DNA of 64,000 bases from NCBI GenBank assembly GCA_965204755.1, contig OZ242011.1, forward strand, positions 1,184,001 to 1,248,000. The letters are read 5' to 3'. Positions 58,321 through 64,000 of the stretch are shown in pieces. Numbering within the stretch: position 1 is the stretch's first letter; each line of letters opens with the position of its first letter. This stretch comes from Candidatus Marinacidobacterium sp. GTDB lineage: Bacteria > Acidobacteriota > Vicinamibacteria > Marinacidobacterales > Marinacidobacteraceae. A program made the position numbers and the translations under genes. The notes under the pieces were generated by a model that was not told the DNA's origin, made no database searches, and worked only from the letters and a program-made list of their open reading frames with translations.

Positions 58321-59004
58321 ATGGGAGCCGTCCGAGCCGCGCTGGCCATCGCCGGCAAGGACCTCCTCGGCGAGGCGAGGTCGCGGGAGCGGGTCCCGGC
58401 GATGCTGCTGTTCGCCGCGCTCATCCTGCTGGTGATGCACTTCGCCGCCGGGCTCGACGGAGCGGGCGCCGAACGGCTCGCGCCCGGCGTGCTCCAGACC
58501 GCCTTCCTCCTCGCCGGGACGCTCGGCCTCTACCGCAGTTTCGCCCCGGAAACGGAAGCCATGGCCCTCCACGGCCTGATGCTGGCCCCGGTGGACCGGG
58601 CCGCCATCTACTTCGGCAAGTTGCTCTCCGGCGCGGCGCTGCTGTTCTTCGTGCAGGTCCCGGTGGCCCTGCTCTACGAACTGCTGTTCGCCGTGAACCT
58701 TTCCGGCGGAAGCGCCGTAAGGGGCTCTCTCGCCATCGGTCTGGTCCTCCTGTGCGGCTCCCTCGGTTTCACCGCGCTCGGGGTCACGGTCGCCGCCATC
58801 TGCGCCTCCACCTCCGCCCGCGAGGTGCTGCTGCCGCTGCTGCTGTTCCCCCTCGCCGCCCCGCTGCTGATCGCCGGCGTCTCCGGTCTGGCGTCGGCGA
58901 TGGCCGGCGAACCGGTGTGGGAAGCGGCGCGCTTCCTGTTGCTGGCCTCGACGGCGTTCGTCTCGGTCTCCTGGATCGTCTTCGAGTTCGTCCTCGAACC
59001 GTGA
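58321..59004 (+). CDS. ccmB: Heme exporter permease
   Basis: KDL..E.RSRE, GLMLAP, REVLLPLLLFPLAAPLLI. Confidence 0.92.
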   Translation: MGAVRAALAIAGKDLLGEARSRERVPAMLLFAALILLVMHFAAGLDGAGAERLAPGVLQTAFLLAGTLGLYRSFAPETEAMALHGLMLAPVDRAAIYFGKLLSGAALLFFVQVPVALLYELLFAVNLSGGSAVRGSLAIGLVLLCGSLGFTALGVTVAAICASTSAREVLLPLLLFPLAAPLLIAGVSGLASAMAGEPVWEAARFLLLASTAFVSVSWIVFEFVLEP

Positions 59005-61205
59005 CCGGCCGGCGCGCGCTGCTCGCGGCCCTCGCCGCCGGCGCCTGGAGCATCGCTTCGCCGGCGACGACGCAGCCCGCCCCCGAAGCCGACGCGGCGC
59101 CGGAAGAGCGCCGAGAGAAATCCGTACGGGCGCCGCTCGTCGAATCCCTCCCGAATCCGGACGGACGGCTCGACGAGCCGGTCTGGGAGACCGCCGCGCG
59201 GATCCGCGGCTTCACCCAGTCGGAGCCGGCCTACGGCGAACCGGCGACGCTGCCCACCGAGGTGCTCATCGCCTATACGCCGGAAGGGGTGATGGTCGGC
59301 GCCCGGCTCGACGATCCGGCGCCGGACGCGGTGGTGGCGAGGGAATACCGACGAGACGCGAACCTGGACTCCGACGACAACTTCATGGTCGTCTTCGACA
59401 CCTACCACGACCACCGGAGCGCGTTCTTCTTCACCACCAACGCCGTCGGGACCCGCCAGGACGGCCTGGTGCAGGGGGAAGGCGCCTATGTGAACACCGA
59501 ATGGGACGGCGTATGGACCGTGGCGTCCCGGCGCACCGACCGGGGCTGGGTCACCGAGATGGTGATTCCCTTCGAGACGCTCCGCTTCCCGGCGGGCGCT
59601 TCCGAGTTCGGCGTGAACTTCGGCCGGCGGGTGGCCCGCACCCGGGAAGAGAGTTACTGGGCGCCCATAGACCCGGGCTGGGGTTTCAACGCCCAGTGGC
59701 GGGTTTCCGCGTACGGCGGGCTCACCGGAATGGAGCGCGCCGAACCGGGAGGGCGCGTCAAACTCAAGCCGTTCGGCGTCCTCGGCGTCTCGGACGGCGA
59801 GGCAACCGAGCGCGAGGTCGTACCCGACCTCGGGCTCGACGCCAAGATCGCCCTGAGTTCCAACCTGAACCTGGACCTGACGCTGAACACCGACTTCGCC
59901 CAGGTGGAAGCCGACGAGCAGCAGGTCAACCTGACCCGCTTCGAGTTGTTCTTCCCGGAGAAACGCGAGTTCTTCCTCGAGAACGCCGGGCTGTTCGAAG
60001 TGGGGGAGCGGACGCGCCCGTTCGATCCCCGCGAGACGGCCCTGTTCTTCAGCCGCCGCATCGGGTTGTCCTCCGACGGGGACATCCTGCCGATCCTGGG
60101 CGGCGCGCGGGTCACCGGGAAAGTGGGGGCGACGGATGTGGGCGCCTTCCACATCCGCCAGGAAGCGCTCGACGGCGAACAGCCGGCGGTCGGGTATACC
60201 GCGGCGCGCCTGCGCCGCGATGTGCTGGCCCGGAGTTCCGTCGGCGTGCTCGCCCTCGACCGCACCGAGATCGGCGGCGAGTCGCACCGGGTCGCCGCGG
60301 CCGACTTCTCCTGGGCGCCGCACCGCGCGACCACGATCAGCGGGTTCGGGGCGCGGAGTTGGACTCCCGGCGCCGAGGGCCGGGAATCGGTCTGGGGCCT
60401 CCACGGGGAAACCACCACCGACCTCTGGAACCTCACCGCCGCCTACACCGACATCGGCGAGGGCTTCGAGTCGAAGATGGGATTCGTGCCGCGCACCGGC
60501 GTCCGCAAGGTGCGGGTGGGCGGCCTGTGGAAACCGCGCCCCGGCCGGTTCGGCATCCGGCAGGTCTTCTTCGGCCCGGATTACCTCCGGTTCACGAGAC
60601 CGGACGGCTCGGTCCAATCGGAGACCCTCGGCGTCGGCCCGTTCTTCCTGTTCAACGACGGCAGCAACCTGTTCTTCAGCGTGGAGCGCTCGGTGGAGGG
60701 GCTCGCGGAATCGTTCGAGTTGCGCGATGGCGTGGAGATCGCCGCCGGCGAATACCGCGCCGGCGCCGTGCTGTACATGTTGGACACCTCCGAGAGCCGC
60801 CGCGTCTCGTTCAACCTGTTCGGCATGAACCGGGGATTCTTCGGGGGCCGGCTGAATGTGTATTCCCCGGGAGTGGCGTTCCGCCCCCACCCCCGGATCC
60901 GGCTGCAGGTGAACTACTCGCGGAGCGAGGTGCGGTTGCCGCAGGAGAACGGGGACTTCGACACGAACCTGGTCGTCCTCCGCGGGTTGATCGCGCTCTC
61001 GCCGGACGCCTTCGTCCGCGGCCTGCTGCAGTGGAACGACGACGACGGCAACTTCTCCGGAAATGTGCAGTTGCGATGGACCTACGCCCCGGGAAGCGAC
61101 TTCTTCCTGGTGTACAACGAGCGCCGCCCTTTCGGCTCGCGCGCCTCGGACCCGTCGCGGCGGGAAGTGCTGGCCAAGGCCACTTGGTACTGGACTCCCG
61201 GATGA
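59001..61205 (+). CDS. CBM9-like + DUF5916 outer-membrane protein
   Basis: PDGRLDEPVW, DTYHD, W...EM.IPF, LNTDFAQVEAD, FPEKREFFLE, LFFSRRIG; ends KATWYW. Confidence 0.9.
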   Translation: MTGRRALLAALAAGAWSIASPATTQPAPEADAAPEERREKSVRAPLVESLPNPDGRLDEPVWETAARIRGFTQSEPAYGEPATLPTEVLIAYTPEGVMVGARLDDPAPDAVVAREYRRDANLDSDDNFMVVFDTYHDHRSAFFFTTNAVGTRQDGLVQGEGAYVNTEWDGVWTVASRRTDRGWVTEMVIPFETLRFPAGASEFGVNFGRRVARTREESYWAPIDPGWGFNAQWRVSAYGGLTGMERAEPGGRVKLKPFGVLGVSDGEATEREVVPDLGLDAKIALSSNLNLDLTLNTDFAQVEADEQQVNLTRFELFFPEKREFFLENAGLFEVGERTRPFDPRETALFFSRRIGLSSDGDILPILGGARVTGKVGATDVGAFHIRQEALDGEQPAVGYTAARLRRDVLARSSVGVLALDRTEIGGESHRVAAADFSWAPHRATTISGFGARSWTPGAEGRESVWGLHGETTTDLWNLTAAYTDIGEGFESKMGFVPRTGVRKVRVGGLWKPRPGRFGIRQVFFGPDYLRFTRPDGSVQSETLGVGPFFLFNDGSNLFFSVERSVEGLAESFELRDGVEIAAGEYRAGAVLYMLDTSESRRVSFNLFGMNRGFFGGRLNVYSPGVAFRPHPRIRLQVNYSRSEVRLPQENGDFDTNLVVLRGLIALSPDAFVRGLLQWNDDDGNFSGNVQLRWTYAPGSDFFLVYNERRPFGSRASDPSRREVLAKATWYWTPG

Positions 61206-61261
61206 GCCGCCGACCGCCGCGGCGCGGGGCCGAACGCCGGCCCCCCGGCTAGACTCTCCGC

Positions 61262-62314
61262 GTGCAGCGGCCCCGCCGACCGAAGGCCGGTCAGACCCGA
61301 AGACCGCTCCCGGCGGCGCTGCCCGCCAAGGCCTTGGTCGCCGGGGCGCTGGCCGCGCTCGGCCTCGCTCCGGGCGCGCCCCGAAGCGAGGCGTACCGCC
61401 TCTACGACAACGGGGCCATCGACTATGTGGTCGCCTCGGACGAAGCCGTCCGTTGGGCGCCGAACATCTGGGGACCGGGCTCGAACCTGTCGTTCGGCGT
61501 CGCGGACTCCCCCGAATGGGCGGCGATCTTCGGTTCGACGGCGCAGTTCATCTCCGCGATCGAAGAGGGGCTCGCCCGGTGGGGGGACATCGAGACGGCG
61601 GATATCCGCTGGAGCGTTTCGGGAACGACGGGAACGCCGCAGGGCGCCTGGACGCGCGACGGGGCCAGCACCGTATTCCTCAACACCGCCGGGAACGAAT
61701 ACCAACGGGGCGCCGGCGTGTGGTTCGCGCGCGACCGGTCGCGCGCCGTCTGGGACATCACCGAATGCGACATCGGCGTCCCGCGGTCGTGGCGCTCCGA
61801 ACTCCAGGGCGGCGGGGGCCCCTTCGCCGCAGGTGAATTCAGCAAGTGGTTCGGCTACTGCCTCGGGCTGGGCGCCTCCGCCCGGCTGCCGTCCGCCCCG
61901 AGTCTGGACGGTTTCGGGACGCCGTGGACCCCGACCTCCGACCGGGACACCGGCGCCTCGCTCCTCCGCCCCCGGAGCGGCTGGCGCGAGTCCGTCGGCA
62001 GCATCTCCGGTTCGGTCGAGTCCGACGGCGAGCCGGTGTCCTACGCCCATGTCTGGGCGTTTCGGACGAACGGCTCGAACGGAGTCGGGAACCCGGTCGG
62101 AGCGTTCGCGAACCGCTCGGGCGCCTTCATGATCGAGGGGCTCCCGCCGGGCGACTATGTGCTGTGGGCCCACCCGATCAACGGCTACGACAATCGGCTG
62201 GCCGGCGCGGGGATCGTGGCCGATGTGAGGGACGCCGTCCTCGCGCTCCCGGTGACCGTCACCGCCGGAGGGACCGCCCGCGGACACCGAATCTCGATGC
62301 AGCGAGGCCGTTGA
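61262..62314 (+). CDS. Secreted matrixin-like protein lacking Zn ligands, with a carboxypeptidase-regulatory-like domain
   Basis: Paralog of the ORF at 62898; FSKWFGYCLGLG in place of HELGHCLGLAH; GAFMIEGLPPGDYVLWAHP. Confidence 0.75.
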   Translation: MQRPRRPKAGQTRRPLPAALPAKALVAGALAALGLAPGAPRSEAYRLYDNGAIDYVVASDEAVRWAPNIWGPGSNLSFGVADSPEWAAIFGSTAQFISAIEEGLARWGDIETADIRWSVSGTTGTPQGAWTRDGASTVFLNTAGNEYQRGAGVWFARDRSRAVWDITECDIGVPRSWRSELQGGGGPFAAGEFSKWFGYCLGLGASARLPSAPSLDGFGTPWTPTSDRDTGASLLRPRSGWRESVGSISGSVESDGEPVSYAHVWAFRTNGSNGVGNPVGAFANRSGAFMIEGLPPGDYVLWAHPINGYDNRLAGAGIVADVRDAVLALPVTVTAGGTARGHRISMQRGR

Positions 62315-62319
62315 CCGGG

Positions 62320-62901
62320 ATGGCGTCCTTCCCTCCGCCCGGAGCGCGCGCCGCTCGGTTCCGCGGGCGCCGCGGCCGACCCGGTCCGCTCCTCCCGCTC
62401 CTTCTCGCGCTCCCGCTCGCCGGCGGCCTCCTCGGATGCGGCGATTCCACTTCGACGACGCCCGGCGGGCCTGACCCCGCCCCGCCGCCCGATCCGTCCG
62501 GCCCCTCGCCGCCCCCGACGCCGACGCGGCTGCCGGCGGTCATCGGCAACCCCTGTCCGGGAGTCGTCGTCCGAAGCGACCCGCCGACCGCGAGCGGCGA
62601 CACCGTGCTGGCGCAGCAACTCGTCATCGAATGGGAGAACCGCTCCGGCGGCGCCGCTTTCACTTGGGCCGGGCCCTACGAGGTCGTCCCGAACCCCGAC
62701 CCGGAACAACCACCGACGCTGGATGTCGCCCTCTTCGACTGGAGCGTCGAAACCACGGCGACGGTCACGCGGCACACCTTCGGAGTCGGCTGGCCGAGTT
62801 CGGCGGAACTCCGGCTCGACCTCGGTTCGGGCGGCGCCGGGTGCGAGACCCCCACCCTCGTTTGCGCCGCTAGCGGTTGCGAGTTGAGGCGGCGGTCGTG
62901 A
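62320..62901 (+). CDS. Putative lipoprotein
   Basis: Hydrophobic stretch with LLGC lipobox, Pro-rich linker, three further Cys. Confidence 0.7.
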   Translation: MASFPPPGARAARFRGRRGRPGPLLPLLLALPLAGGLLGCGDSTSTTPGGPDPAPPPDPSGPSPPPTPTRLPAVIGNPCPGVVVRSDPPTASGDTVLAQQLVIEWENRSGGAAFTWAGPYEVVPNPDPEQPPTLDVALFDWSVETTATVTRHTFGVGWPSSAELRLDLGSGGAGCETPTLVCAASGCELRRRS

Positions 62902-64000
62902 GACTTCGGCGCCTCACCGGGCGAGCCGGCCGGCGGGAGCGGGGCGCCCGGGCGGCCGACTTCCTCCGCCTCGGCCGGGTCGCGGCCGCGGCCGCCGGCG
63001 CCCTCCTCGCGCTCGGTTCCGCGGAGGCCTACCGGTTCTTCGCCGGGACGGACCGGGTCCAGCCCTTCCTCAGCGGAAGCCTCCGCGGCGCGGCGGACGC
63101 CGTGCGCTGGTCGTCGGAGAGTTGGGCCCCCGGCGCCACGCTGACCTGGGAGATCGCGTCGGATCCGGACTTCGCCGACCTGTTCGGCGGCGCGGACCGC
63201 GCGCTGCCGTACTTCCGGGAAGCGCTGGCCCAGTGGTCGGAGATCCCGAACGCCGACATCCGCTGGAGCGCCGCCTCGTCCGTCGGCGCGCCGGTCAACG
63301 ACGAAACCGAAGAAACGCTCCAGGACGGCCGCAACACTTTCTGGATCGACGGGGAGTCGGCGGCCGGGGGGTACGCCTCGCTGTGGGTGGAGCGCGGGGG
63401 CGCGGGCGAACCGTGGGAGTTGTTCGAGTGCGACTTCGCCCTCGGCAGTTGGGTCATCAACCCCCGGCAGGACGTCCTGGAAGAACTGCGGGCCGAAGCC
63501 GTGGCGGTGATCACCCACGAACTCGGCCATTGCCTCGGCCTGGCGCATGCCGCCTCGATGTCGGCCACCGGCCGGCGGCGGCAGGAACTCTTTCGCTCCG
63601 AAGAACAGCCCACGACCTACGAACACCCGTTCGACCCCTCCATGTCCTACGGCATCGCTCGCACGGAGCGGCCGTTCATCTCCGCGGACGACATCGTCGC
63701 CGCCTCGCTGCTGCGCCCGGCCCCCGGCTGGCGCGCGGGAACCGGGGAGATCTCCGGTTCGCTCCGCGCCGGCGGGGAACCCGCGCCGTGGGTCCACATC
63801 TGGGCGCTGCCGGTGGGCAGCGACGACCCGCTCTGGAATCGCGTCGGCGCATTCAGCGACGAGAACGGGGAGTTCGTGATCGAGGGGCTCGCCCCCGGCG
63901 AGTACTTCCTCTGGGCCCACCCGGTCGTGCGCCAGGCCGCCCACGGCCTGCTCCTGACGAACGGCGCCCCGGTGGACCTCGACGACACCCTGATGGGGTA
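62898..64000 (+). CDS. Matrixin/metzincin family metalloprotease (partial, runs off the window)
   Basis: GTG overlaps the lipoprotein stop; in-frame VITHELGHCLGLAH (HExxHxxGxxH), Met-turn PSMSYG, then GEFVIEGLAPGEY; not in the track. Confidence 0.88.
   Translation, partial: MRLRRLTGRAGRRERGARAADFLRLGRVAAAAAGALLALGSAEAYRFFAGTDRVQPFLSGSLRGAADAVRWSSESWAPGATLTWEIASDPDFADLFGGADRALPYFREALAQWSEIPNADIRWSAASSVGAPVNDETEETLQDGRNTFWIDGESAAGGYASLWVERGGAGEPWELFECDFALGSWVINPRQDVLEELRAEAVAVITHELGHCLGLAHAASMSATGRRRQELFRSEEQPTTYEHPFDPSMSYGIARTERPFISADDIVAASLLRPAPGWRAGTGEISGSLRAGGEPAPWVHIWALPVGSDDPLWNRVGAFSDENGEFVIEGLAPGEYFLWAHPVVRQAAHGLLLTNGAPVDLDDTLMG

Overview
A very GC-rich bacterial chromosomal window. 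It is mostly housekeeping genes: gltX, a MoxR/DUF58/vWA cluster, msrB, metX/metY, pgi, msrP, ybbAP-tesA, arsC, pxpABC, ispG, gltA and a Cys-CcmE type ccm operon. Gene content is compatible with Acidobacteriota, but that is inference. Several small accessory islands interrupt these genes. (1) An ORF missed by the track, translationally coupled to gltX, with tandem PBECR-like nuclease domains. (2) A decayed defence/TA scar at 14.1-16.1 kb: RecG-like fragments, an HsdR-YgjP deletion fusion, and an orphan RHH antitoxin with a 10-codon VapC stub. (3) A divergent HicBA-like array of one toxin-like and three antitoxin-like paralogs between metX and metY. (4) Two copies of a structured ~224-bp MITE, each inserted at a stop codon. 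(5) Two phased arrays of six GAATTGTGTATAG (DnaA-box-like) repeats. (6) A lower-GC ParB + REase-like + N4/N6-MTase operon. (7) PLD-wHTH, AAA ATPase and Fic genes. (8) A metzincin / pseudo-metzincin / lipoprotein trio. Other ORFs missed by the track include ribosomal protein bTHX and a 59-aa membrane protein. Host genes appear to avoid AGCT and ACGT, whereas the islands and the repeat array do not. Several genes look leaderless. No rRNA, tRNA or CRISPR array was seen. All calls come from reading motifs by eye; no database search was run.
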